From positions 186,001 to 250,000 of the forward strand of contig NOWV01000024.1 of the NCBI GenBank assembly GCA_003344405.1: a stretch of DNA of 64,000 nt. Direction: 5' to 3'. The position numbers were made by a program, and so were the translations under genes. Of this stretch, positions 1 to 12,189 are shown piece after piece; within the stretch, counting starts at the first letter, position 1, and every line of letters begins with the position of its first letter. This stretch comes from Trichoplax sp. H2. Taxonomy: Eukaryota. The notes beneath the pieces were generated by a model. It saw only the letters and a list, made by a program, of their open reading frames with translations. It made no database searches and was not told where the DNA came from.

Positions 1-68
1 AGGCAATGGCTGAAAGAACTGTTATTCCTTTTTTTGAATGTATTGTAAACTCCATTTTGATAGCTTAC

Positions 69-1201
69 TTCGTCATCCAGGCCAGCATGCTTCAAAGAGA
101 GAATACCGCGCGAAGATAAAGCAAGATTAATGCTTTTACCCCTTGTATTTTCTAATAAGCGGAAATCTAAGTCAACGGATAGTAAATTGATTATCAGTAA
201 GAGTTGAAGGATTATTTTAAATCGTGGTCACTGATGATCCAAGGTGGATAACGAAATAGTGCCGATACGGATATGGTTTACAACAACAGCATTGCTAACT
301 GGGTGGCACTCGCTGTAATACTACAAGTATACTAACTCATTTACAAGGCACGTCCATTATTCCGTAATAGTCATAAATTAAGAGAGAATGGCTAAACTAC
401 AGTCAACGAATGTTCTTCAATTCAAGAAATATCATTGCCTAGGTACGATTATCTCAACGATTGCTTGATTGCAAATGGGTATTAACTTACCTTCACGCAT
501 TTCGTAGAGATCGACTTGATAGCCTCGCTTCGCCCAAAATATTGCTGCTAAACATCCGACCTGTAGTATAATCGGTTGGCAAAAAATCGTCATTAAACGG
601 TTTTGTTAGTCCATCATTACATTCACTGTCAAGAAAATTTTGTTAGGTTTATAACACGTCGAAGTCTACATTCGAAAGGAAATTTCAGAAAGAAGGGGGG
701 GGGGGGAAGTAGCTCTTATTTATTTATTTGGATAGTCACCGATAACGTAACTTGGATTGAATCCAAATCAGTTCATCCATCCTATTACTATTATTATCCT
801 TGATTATTACTACAAGATTTGAAATACTGCTGACTAACGAAAAGAAAGAGGCCAAGAATGGATGTTATGATGATGATCCTGTAAATACAATCTCTAGTAT
901 GACTTGTTGCCAATGGCGTTGTAGAGGAAGATTTTATTTGCTCATCATCGTTCGTCTAGGCATCATATCACTATTGCTGTAGAATATTACTCAAGATGTC
1001 AATCTATCGGTGGTAGAGTCATGCTGGCTTGATCTTCTTTTCAAGGCTATACGATTGCAATTTTTACTGCCATCCTTTCCGCTAAGTATATTCACTATAC
1101 AAGTTTAATGTGCATCCTCCTCCTCCTCCTCTTCATCATCATCGTTTTGTACTTACCAAACCTCCACCGACTACGACGATTTCATTATTCTGGCAAGCCA
1201 T
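69..1201 (-). CDS. KMO: Kynurenine 3-monooxygenase, 5' part (exons 1201-1157, 560-491, 166-69); gene continues beyond the left edge
   Basis: Spliced translation MACQNNEIVVVGGGL/VGCLAAIFWAKRGYQVDLYEMRE/DFRLLENTRGKSINLALSSRGILSLKHAGLDDE contains the FAD-binding GxGxxG motif and the KMO-typical SINLALSxRG motif. Introns are GT-AG and phases are compatible. Confidence 0.9.
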
Positions 1202-2540
1202 TTTCGATGTTTCTGCCTGGAACGATCTGATGACGTTAAAGAGTTAACTTCGTATTTAATTGAAGTCAATCCTAGGTCTATCGGTGGATAATTTCAATGG
1301 TGGTTCAATAATACTAATCTAATTTGTTGATATTACATGCTATTAGTTGGATTTTAGCATGGGTTGAACTTTCACCTTGGCTCTTGTTCTCGTTATGTCG
1401 TAATGCCTAAGGCCAAGCGATGACAAGCCAGTTTTCAACAAGGCCAGAAAAAGGTTTGTGTACACTCCGAAGACGATACTTGCTAATACTACCACAGTAT
1501 TGACCGTATTGTACCTGATGTTGACTCTAAGTCAATTAGTGCTTCTTATGCAATGTCGAGTCTGCATTCCAATCCTCTAGACAGTGGCCACCCTACTACT
1601 GTAATCCTTCTTTCAAGGCGTGAATCAATGCATACCTAATAAGATGAGTTCGAATCGATAGGCACTCCTACTCTATCGGTAATAAGAGCTTCTTAAGCAC
1701 CTTGCAGACTCGGCTGAGTAGCATCGCCATTGGCATACCCTTCTACAGTATCAAGCCTAGGTTGGCATCTTCAACAGCCGAAAGTATATCCCAACAAATA
1801 TGTGAAAGAACTTGGTTTGTTTGAATAGAATAATATCCATAATACGATAATGCATTCATCATCGTAATCATTGTCCTGTCAAGATGTCAATAGAGAAAAG
1901 AATTTGCTTTTATGATTCATTGATTACGAGCAGCTAATTGGATCGAATTAAATGGAGTACTCCTTGCAGGGTGTATTGCATTCGTTGGTCCACTATAGTC
2001 TACACTCTGTCTTATTAGTCATGGAGAGAGATATAGTGCCTATTGTAGAGAATAGTCGAGAAATTTGCAATTTAATCAAGGTGATGGCAATTTGTGGACC
2101 GAGGACTTCTCGATCCTTGTCTTATCATGGAGAAATTCCTCTTTCTACCATCATGAGTGCTGTCGATCTCCCCTATCCAAAACAACTTGCCAAGACTTGG
2201 ATACTACACTGCAGAGTTGGAAAAGACGCTTCCAATGATTGTCAATACAGTAGTCGGAATAGGGGAATCGTTCATTCGATGAATCCCTCTGCCCATATGT
2301 CCATTCGACGAACACAATTTAATTTGCGATCATCAACATCGCAGGAAACATGTGACCAATGACCAATCGGTAAGCGATGATCATTGACTGATGGCGACGT
2401 CCACGCTCAATTTTCCCATCAAGTCCTTCTAGCAGCGTTTACGGGCAGGGACAACGTTGTAGTGTACACTCTACTTTATTGCTAAGCTTATTTTAGTCGA
2501 AATCGCTACGCTTTTCCATTTCTACCCCCCAGTATTTTTA

Positions 2541-2761
2541 TTATTATTAATCAATGCATTGCTAGTGCTAGCTATCGCTCTTCTAACAGCAATGCTATTG
2601 ACGCCAAGTATTTCAAGTAAGGGGGGGAATAAACTACGGGACCCGGGTACATGGACTAGATTATTATTATTAAAATCAATCAAAGCATTGCTAGTGCTAG
2701 CTATTAACAGCAATGCCATTAAATTAATTTATTTTTAAGGGACACCGGCACATGGGCTAGT
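2541..2761. repeat. Imperfect tandem duplication (~100-120 bp period); each copy has a GCATTGCT...AGCAATGC hairpin
   Basis: attattattaa..tcaa..gcattgctagtgctagctat..taacagcaatgc at ~2541 and ~2663; gggac(a)ccgg..acatgg.ctag at ~2638 and ~2739. Confidence 0.75.
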
Positions 2762-2807
2762 AAAATTGACCGCTGAATTCACTATAGTGTAGTAGTGCAT
2801 GGAAAAA

Positions 2808-3145
2808 TCCGGACGGACAACGTGACCATGATGACGCAGAATCTTCGAGCCCATCCATGGGTGTACAGTGTACAGTGTACAGTACTGTACACGGTAAAGT
2901 ACTGTACGATTGACCGTACTGCGCAATACTGTCCGCTGGAGAGTAGTGTGCAAATGAAATGAAGGTCACGATATCCGTCCGGATATGGATGAGCTCGAGG
3001 ATTCAGTAGTATGTACTGCGTGTCTATAAGTATTGTACAGTGTACAGGACGGTCTATCGTACAGTACTTTACACTGTGAGTACGTACAGTACAGTACTCT
3101 CATGGATGAGCTCGAAGATTCTGTGTCGTGGTAACAGGCTACAGG
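2808..3145. repeat. TACAG/GTAC-rich tract with crossed inverted repeats (probable non-autonomous element remnant)
   Basis: IR-A 2808-2827 pairs with 2964-2983 (18/20). IR-B 2837-2859 pairs with 2985-3004 and 3101-3123. The interior has (TGTACAG)n-like runs. Confidence 0.65.
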
Positions 3146-3457
3146 ATGACCTTCTGTATCAAACTTGATGAAAAAAGTGCTGTACGCGTACCTGTACCGT
3201 ACACTTGTATCATAAACGCTTGTCTGTCTATCTGTCCTAGGTGTCTTGCAATCTTCTACTGTTCTTCAATGGCGTACTCTTGTCTCTCTCGCAGCTCTAG
3301 TTCTCTCTCTCTCTTCTTAGCCACGTTTCTCGTCGAATAAAACTCCATTCTTTTCACTCACTTTTAGTTCCTTACTTTGAGGCAATCAAGATAGGACATA
3401 CAGTAGCAGACATAACAGTACTGATTTCATACGCAGCATCATCGAATAAGAAGGCTT

Positions 3458-3471
3458 GTTACCAAGGAAAC
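3458..3471. promoter_or_regulatory. RFX X-box upstream of NEK4
   Basis: GTTACCAAGGAAAC is close to the X-box consensus GTTNCCATGGNAAC and lies ~930 bp 5' of the NEK4 ATG. Confidence 0.6.
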
Positions 3472-4397
3472 GCCTCCCAACGCGATCGAATTTCAAGACG
3501 CATACAATGATTTCAAAATGACTACCGAGAGTATTCTACTAGCCTTTCAAACTATTGCACAGTAGACGTTGATTTAAACTATATCTTTTACATATTATAC
3601 AGACTTCTTTATTGTAGCGACTCTCTCACTCGAATTGATCCTCTGTACAATAGACCCAAAATGCCTATAGTAACTGTAGTAATCACGGAAGAGCTCCATC
3701 CATTCACGTCGATTGCTGATGCATTACTGCTATTCTACATGCTTATTTTTCAATCTAAAATACTAGTATATTATGCTATTGTTGATCCTAAAAACGTTAT
3801 AGACTATGAAGATAATGAATTGATTATGTACAACTCTCCATAATGATGAGTGCATTTTACTGTATATTGTACTGTAGAGAAGAGGTATCAAATGCAACAG
3901 ACGTACTGCTTCAAAACAACAGAAGCCTTAATAGGATACACTAGTGATACTTGATGGGTCCTCTATTATACACATCAGAATAGAATAAAATAAACGTTTT
4001 CCATGATATAATTAGCATGATAATTATTGATTGCTATACAGTATTTCCACTACGCTAGACAGCATCTATAGTGACATATCGATTCTGTTTCAAATACTAT
4101 ATTACACTTTTTTTCAATGTTACAAGCAAGGAACTCACTCGGCACTGTAGCCTAATTGTTCTTGACTTGAACAACTAAGACAACATTTTTGGAAACTTAT
4201 TTAATTTCAATTACACTTGGATGCGCCTTTCATATTCTATAACTAGTTCATGATGTTCGCCATCATTGATGATTAAACTCAGTTATAGTGTACTTTTCAA
4301 ACTGTAATTTTATATCTGAGGATGAGATTAACCTAAATCAACTCGACGTGTATTCAATTCATGCTTGTAATTAGTAACAGCCAGAGAATTTGCCAAT

Positions 4398-7300
4398 ATG
4401 CCGTTAGATTCATTTAATGTTTTGAAACAAATTGGAAAAGGTTCATATGGAGAAGTATTCCTTGTCAGGCATAAGCGTGGAAATAAAAAGGTAAATTTGA
4501 TAAATTTTAAATTATCAAACAATTGTACCAAATTGGGCAATTGATGGTCAGCAATGTCATTCACTGATACACTGATAGTGAAATGAATTCATCATGTGCA
4601 GTAGGCGTTAGCTTTCGTTATTATTGTATCGTGAAAATAAATAAATAGTTCAACTTTTCAACTATGACTATGTAGTGCTGTCGAAATGAATAAGAGATTG
4701 ATTAAGTTACCTTTTTTGCTTTTTCCAATGGCTTCTTCCATATTATCCGTTGCTGTAACAATTAGTATGTCATGAAGAAAATACAACTAAAAAATGCCTC
4801 TACCAGAGAAAGAAAAGCAGCGCAACAAGAGGTTTTACTATTTTCCATATTCTACTATTCTAAGAACAAAGTCAATCGACGATTGTATATGCATAACATG
4901 CTTAATTTACGTCTTATCATGCATTGACTATGCTAGGCTCTACTACTGAAGAAACTTATCCATCCCAACATCGTCTCTTACAAAGATTCCTTTCAGGATA
5001 GAACGGGTTACTTATACATTATAATGGGATTTTGTGAAGGTGGAGATGTATACAACTACTTAAAGAATAGAAATGGCTTACCAATAGATGAAAGTCAAGT
5101 TATGGTTTGGTTTATGCAGATAGCATTAGCCCTTCAATTTATGCACAGCAATAACATCTTACATCGCGATTTAAAGACACAAAATATTTTCTTAACAAAG
5201 CATGACATTATCAAAGTTGGAGATCTCGGTATAGCTCGCGTCTTGGAAGGAAGTTGGGATCTGGCAACAACTCGTGTTGGTACACCTTATTACATGTCAC
5301 CAGAACTATTTTCAAATCAACCATACAATCATAAAGTGAGTAATTTGACATTCTTTCTTCCTTGTATGCTTTACTAAGGAAGCAATTGATCTTCATCGCT
5401 TTACTTATTCCAATTATTCGTTTTCTTTTAATAGTCCGATGTATGGGCACTCGGTTGTTGTGTTTATGAGATGTTAACGTTAAAACATGCATTTAGTGCG
5501 AAAGACTTGAATTCCTTAGTATACAAAATTTTAAATGGAAAGGTATCGTAGCTAATAAACTAAAATCGATGGTCTTGACATTATCCTTTAAATAGATGCA
5601 TTCAATATGTTGTATAAATACTTTCATTACTAATTTTAGGTTCCGCAAATGCCAAAGCAATACAGTACCCAATTAGGTGATATTGTAAAGTCAACTTTAG
5701 CTCTAGATCCCAAGAATAGACCAAGTGTTCCTCAATTACTTCGTTTGCCATACATGAAAAGGCATATAAGCCAATTTCTTCAGTCAACCGATCATAGGTA
5801 ACGAAGCGAACATAAGAAATGTCAGTCTTACTTGTATAGATTAAATTTTGCATCAATAATTACATCACCATTGTAAAAAAGAATTATTAAATACTAGCTC
5901 GAAACAGGCCAGCAAGGAAAAAAGTAATAAAAGTGAACAGACAATTCAAAGAAATAATTCTGGTAAAATTTTCGAAAACCACAAAACGGATAAACACAAT
6001 CATAAAGGCTATCGATATCTGATGATTAATTAACTTACTTTGAAAGACTTCATTAAACAACTAATGCATAGCAGAATCTATTAGGTATCGAAAGTTGACT
6101 TTAAATATTTTTCAATTATAGAATCAAGTCTATCCTCAGTATCTACAGATGAGAATGTTACCAAAGTTAAAAATAAATATATAGTCCAATCTCCCAAAGA
6201 AAGTAGCGTCGATAATGCAACTTTTGTTAAAGGTGAAGACAATGAAGAATCAGGGAAACTATCAAGAAAACCCAGTGATCCTGCTATTGCACAAGGAACA
6301 GAGGTTAGCAATATATTATATACTACTACATTGACCATTTTGAATAAGTGAGTTAGTAAAAATTGTTTATAAATTTCCGATAATAACGCCTACTTTCAGG
6401 CTAAATCTTCACGACGAGGTCGACCACTACCAGATCCACCAGTATCAGCTCAAAGCGATATCTTAAGTAGTAAATCTACAATAAGTGGCAATGAAGGTAG
6501 TCCAGCAAAATCAATACCATTAAATCGACGACGACAATCCGAACCAGTCAATTCTAGATCAAGTTCCAAGGAGTATGCTCTTTATTTTGAATTACAAATT
6601 ATTGTAGCTTTATTTAATTTTGGTTAGTCTTCGTTCAGTATGTTTACTTCTTATACAGGTAGCAATGGTGCTAATTTATATAATGATAAAAACTGCTCTC
6701 TATAGAGAGTCAAATATTCACTTTTAGAATTTATTATGATGATAGGAGGGAAATTGAAGATGTGGAAGCATTTCCAACACCAAAGGTAGCTAAATTAGAT
6801 TATAAAACAATTTTACTATGATTTTTAGGCCAAGTAATATTATGGCTAGCGTTATAATCCATGCATGTATATTGAAGTAGTCTTATTTTTACCGGCGTTA
6901 CCTTTTAGTCTTCTGGTGGTCCAACCATAAGTGCTGCTCGTGAGAGGCGTAGAATGAAACAGCAACGCAATCTATTCGATGTTAGTGTATTCAATTCTCC
7001 CAAAATCCCTCCAGTTGGGGAAGAAGAAATCCTGGGTCTGCATCATGATGTTCTTGATAGTATCGATCAGTTCTCAATTCCTGAAAATCAGGTAATTTTC
7101 TGTTTTTTTAACGCATTATATTTAGCCTCAGCAATTCAGTCATTAAAGCAACCATGCAACAAAAGCATATAGAAAAATAAGCGTAAGCATATAAAATGAT
7201 TCTAAATGACAGTACGATTTTGCTTCGATAGCGCGAACCAACTGCTCAGTATCAACGTTTAAAGTCCTACGATGCAAAAAAACCCAGTACAGGAAACGTA

Positions 7301-9053
7301 AAAGCCTCGAAAATTAAACAAAGTGCTTCGGCAGACGATAACTCGTGTGATCCTGATGAGGATTCGGACAATCAAGGTGAAGGAAGCCATTCTGATAACA
7401 ACATGTCAGATGATAGTGACAATGATAATGAGTTGCAGCCCGAAGCAAAGAAACAAGATGATAGGTTATCATGGATTATTTGTAACATGTTTTAATTTGC
7501 ATTAGTCATTACTTGCTTTGGAATACTCTCTGTAAGTTGTATAACTTTCACTTTATGAGGATTATACAATTGTATTTAGGCATCAAAAGGAAATGTCGTC
7601 CGTAATGTCATTGATGGAGATCACTCTTAAGGTTTCTGATGATAGTGAAAATGAGCCGCAACAACCGGAAGCTAAAGGTAAAAGATTGGCTATACAGTAA
7701 TATCTGTTATAAACCATCCTTACCATTCATTTTAGTTACATTTTGGAGTAATATAATAATACTGTACCACTGTAGTAAATTGTACTTCGAAAGATATGGT
7801 AAAAATATGTTTCCTTTCAATGGTATTTAGAAGCAGACAAGATTGAAACATTAAGAGATGGGCTATTAGAAGAAAGGATACGCAATTTGAAGTAATTACT
7901 ATTTTGTATTTCTTTTAAATTAATTAACTAGAATTCAGATCATGAGTGGAGAATAATGATACAGTGATAGATATGCAGTATTCAATGGAAAAAGAAATTT
8001 AGTATTTTAGAAAATCTTTCCTTTAAGAGTCTTCTACCTTATTCGATTAGTTACTATAGTCTGATATACAGGTCTTAATCTTTGCCCAATGTTTAGAGAT
8101 ATTTTTGGTTTAGAAAATAATCGATTCAACCATTTTTTCTGTATATAGAAAAGATTTATCTGAGATTGATAATGGTTTACTACAAGAATGCTTTCGTCTA
8201 CTTGACATTAGCGGTGTTGATGACGATGAGGAGGTGAGAAGCTATTTGAAAATACTACTGCAGTAGTTGTCCAATATTGACAGGGATATATGATGACGAC
8301 TTCGAGATTAAATCGTTAACCGTAGCCACTGCAAATTCATGAAACTTGAAGCAATGATTTTTTAAAATAGCTATTTTATACTTAATCAGATTTAGTGTGA
8401 GATTTCAAATGCGAAGTACCTTAAAGTAAATTTATGAAATTATTGTAAGACTGTCTGCTAAGTACCGCATGATATCCTAACGATGAAGTTTAATGATTTA
8501 ATTATTAGATCATTAACTTAGTGTCTTAAGCTTTTAAATTATTAAATATCAGTCTTAATCTTATTAGAATTACATTTATTGCATACTTTGCTAGCGTTAT
8601 TTCGTCCTATAATAAAAACGTATGGCGACTTTTAGAAATTGTATTAACTGTTAGAGTATTCATGATAGCAACATATTATTTAGCCTTATAAACTTGCTAT
8701 GTGTTCACTAACTTTCTTCAAATTAATAATACTGCATCGAGAATTGAAAAAATTAACATAAAGGATATATTATAGACCGTGCGTTATGTACTATAAATGT
8801 TATTTAATATCTGCCATAATGCAGATATAGAAAGGACATTAAATTTATTTACTATCACAACCAATATGTAAATGACTCATTTTAGAATATTTTGATACTG
8901 ATATAATTGAGAATAGCGAGTGATATTAACCAATTTCATTTTAACCATTTCTTCTAGTATTTGCTGAAGAGATTGCTTGGAGAAGATTTATACCAGAAGC
9001 ATAGACAAAATATATTCCACTTACATTTATTTAATAAGAAATTCACTGCTTAA
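4398..9053 (+). CDS. NEK4: Serine/threonine kinase NEK4 (NIMA family), ~15 exons: 4398-4490, 4766-4831, 4937-5335, 5435-5542, 5640-5797, further exons ~5899-8232, last 8958-9053
   Basis: [109 protein letters not shown] closely follows NEK4. A low-complexity C-terminal half ends [31 protein letters not shown]. Confidence 0.93.
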
Positions 9054-9545
9054 CTTCCTTAGCTAAACCCGTTCAAGTATCAGATATACTGTATCTATTT
9101 GATGGTAGCCCAATTCGATAGAGAAAGTATGAATTAATATTTCCCTTGGGATCTGTCCACAGCCACCTGAACCCGAGATTAATTTGATACAAAATTTTTA
9201 AAGTGTACAAATAACTTCTGGTAGTCCATAAACATTATGAATGTGCTGACTATTTCGATCAACATAACTAGTCAATCTTGTATGTACAACTACTGTACTT
9301 AAATTATCCAATTTTTTTTATTTCCAATTTTGGCGGTAGCACAGTTGATTGAAATCGATTCCAAAATTGAAATTGATGAAATAAAATTGGCTTCAATAAC
9401 AAATAATGCTTTTTTCAATAGCTGAAAATCTATCATTCAATGCGTAGGAATGCAGTTGATGAATTTACTGTAGAAAAGGAAATGAGCTAGAATGCCTTTA
9501 TTGTTTCGATTTCGTAGTTACTATCTCGTTCTGTACATGTTGTAA

Positions 9546-9559
9546 GTTGCCATGATAAC
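9546..9559. promoter_or_regulatory. RFX X-box-like site, target gene unclear
   Basis: GTTGCCATGATAAC is a near-consensus X-box ~500 bp downstream of the NEK4 stop. Confidence 0.4.
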
Positions 9560-12025
9560 GAAATTTCAGAAATTCGGATAAGTACATATGTCTACTGGCT
9601 TTAAAATAGTCTGAGTTTGGTTCTTCTAAATTAGCATAGATACGCTACTCAGAATGCATGAGAAGTTTTCACTTGAAACTATATTTAGAATGAAAGCTAC
9701 GCGACTTATACATTTTATTCACAATCAAGGCGCTATTTATAGAGTCATCTAATTTTAACTGCCGTTTCTCAGATACTCAGCGCAAGTTAATATTAACAAA
9801 AATATAGTTTTAGCTAATTGATGGCTTTGCAGCCTAAACTGTTAGTTAACGCTGCTATGCCTGCTAGTACAGAAAAATTTTTAAGCTATTAATTTGTAAT
9901 TATGTAAATCTTACAAGCAATTCATTACAGTTTCTGCCTGCATTAGTAATGACGATTGACAGCTGACTATCACAGATAAGCAAGTCAATTTTAAAGTGAA
10001 GTTATATATTCTAATATTTTCCTTCCGAACTCAACCTTCAATCCATATGTCATGATATCAGTGGTTAATATAAGCTTAGCTGTTATCCTGATATTTTAAT
10101 TGTTCTAACATCTCCATTTAAGAATATTCTCCTGAATTTTAATACTTTTAATTATTCTCTATCAATTTTGCCGTTGCCATAAATTTTACATGCATTATTT
10201 TTACTTGAATCTGAATACATAAGTGTAATGTATACTATTAGTTTAACGAATAATTTCATATGCTGTTTACATTTTATCCACTTAAAGTTCCCATTTTCAA
10301 CGGAAGTGAAGTTTAAGTGCCCATTTTGATAATACTATACTATATTAATTGTAGCCATAGAGACGCAATATCATTTACATGACGCTAAATGTATTTTAAT
10401 AGAAAGAGAAAGTTTCCAGACAGGCCTCGTACCTTTAGCTGGTTGATCAATGTTAAGCGTATTTTGATTATGGATATGCTGCTATTATATCCCTATAGAT
10501 AGATGTTTAAATTGAAGTAATAAAAATGAAAGTATTTTTATTACTGTATTTTGTTTCTACCTACTAAAATACGTATGTACAGTTTCATCTTACTAGCACA
10601 TTGTAACAAATTAATTTAGTAAAGGGTCGAATCAAATCGAACTTTGTATCATTTTTATAAAACTTTATAGAATGTTAGGTTAAAACTGTTCGATTTGCTG
10701 ATATTTGTACTGAAAGAGGCAATTATAAATTCTTTTTACATAAGCCAACGCAGTGAATCATCATAACGAGAACATCTAGTGAAAGATAGTTTTTGTAGCT
10801 TAATTCTGGGTTGATCTGCATATTAACTATTTTCACTTTAATAATGAATTAGTATTAATAAGTTGTATGTGCTGGATATCAATTTCTGGTAGACAAAGAA
10901 AATTTCAACGACAAGTTCATATTTTATTATCAGCATTATTTTAAAATATTGCTCGTTCCATGAGATAATTTTTCGAAGAGTAAATGAAGAACGCTGCTGA
11001 TACATTTATAAATCATAATTATTCTTAGTACTGTTCAATGTAATGTTTAAAATAGAAGTTTTCTCATCTATTAACTAATCGATCTACCGTTCTGTTAGCT
11101 TTTACTGTATGAGCCTCATTTCCATGCCTTATTATTATTTTATAATGCCTAGAATTGATCAAGATAATCAAAATCGACATGTTATCTTTATTCCCTTATT
11201 ATTGACCACTTTGGTCTGTAAAATAAGCTCAACGATAAAGTATTGGTAAAAGTAGTTCACGATAAATAAACTATAAAGATATAATTGTTAGAATATTCCA
11301 ATTGATTCGATAGAAATTGTATAATTAATCTTTATTTTCCAAGTATCTTACAGTTTATTACAAGCCAAATTGTTTGCTGAAAAATTATTCTTAACTACAT
11401 TGAATACAGCCCCATATTAACCCTGTATAAATAATAATTAATGAGCTTACAGAGTAGATTGATTCTATCATAAATTCTACATGTCTTTCATAGTTTAGTT
11501 ACAATTTAGAATAGATTGAATCATTGCATTACAGCATCATGTTGTTCACATTATGTATAGAGAATTGTATAGAAAATTCTTCTCTTTTTTAGTTGATCTG
11601 CATGACATCGAGGCTATTCTAAGGCTTGGTAAAATAGCAACTACTTAACCGGGTAACGCTATTATGGTTATTGTCTTCTTCTTTACATTAAAAGGGAACA
11701 CCTGCCATAATTATAATTCACGTGATCGAATTACATAAAATGAAATAGAATTGATCTACAATAAATCTTCAATTGCTATTGTCTTAATTACTTTTATAAA
11801 TGTGGCCAAGAGTTAGAAGAGAAATGGGCTGGTTATACATTCGATTACACAAGATATAAACCACACCATCTCAATTGGTAATCTATTCAATTTCAAGTTG
11901 TCTTTCTTTATAGTTCTGACTTATTCATTTTTTCTTTAATTTCTCTGTCATCAATTTTTTAATTTTTGGATAATAACTCGCAAACTTGCGCATCATTTCG
12001 AGGCATAAACGATAATGATTTGATG

Positions 12026-12189
12026 ATTGGCTGAACGATAGATGATGATTGGCTAGCTATGAAATAAATATTTTTTAATTGCTACTACTGTCGCTGGCAA
12101 TTAGTATTTTATCGTTCTAAATCGCTTGAACATTTTTATAATCGACTTCCAATTTCATGTTGGCCCAGCGGAAAATACAATATGTAAGT
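12026..12189 (+). promoter_or_regulatory. Paired inverted CCAAT boxes followed by a candidate non-coding first exon donor (possible promoter of the dystroglycan-like gene)
   Basis: GATGATTGGCT occurs twice (ATTGG at 12026 and 12048), with a GTAAGT donor at 12184 and a candidate acceptor TTCTAG at 15090-15095 before the coding exon. Confidence 0.35.

Noticed and set aside
1..30. Possible fourth KMO exon at the window edge
   Set aside because: The translation does not match the expected GIPMxGRMIH block, so it cannot be called.
1952..2362. 136-aa ORF
   Set aside because: No recognisable motif and no supported exon chain.
2522..2969. Short minus-strand ORFs with repeated peptides
   Set aside because: They arise from the DNA repeats and low-complexity tract.
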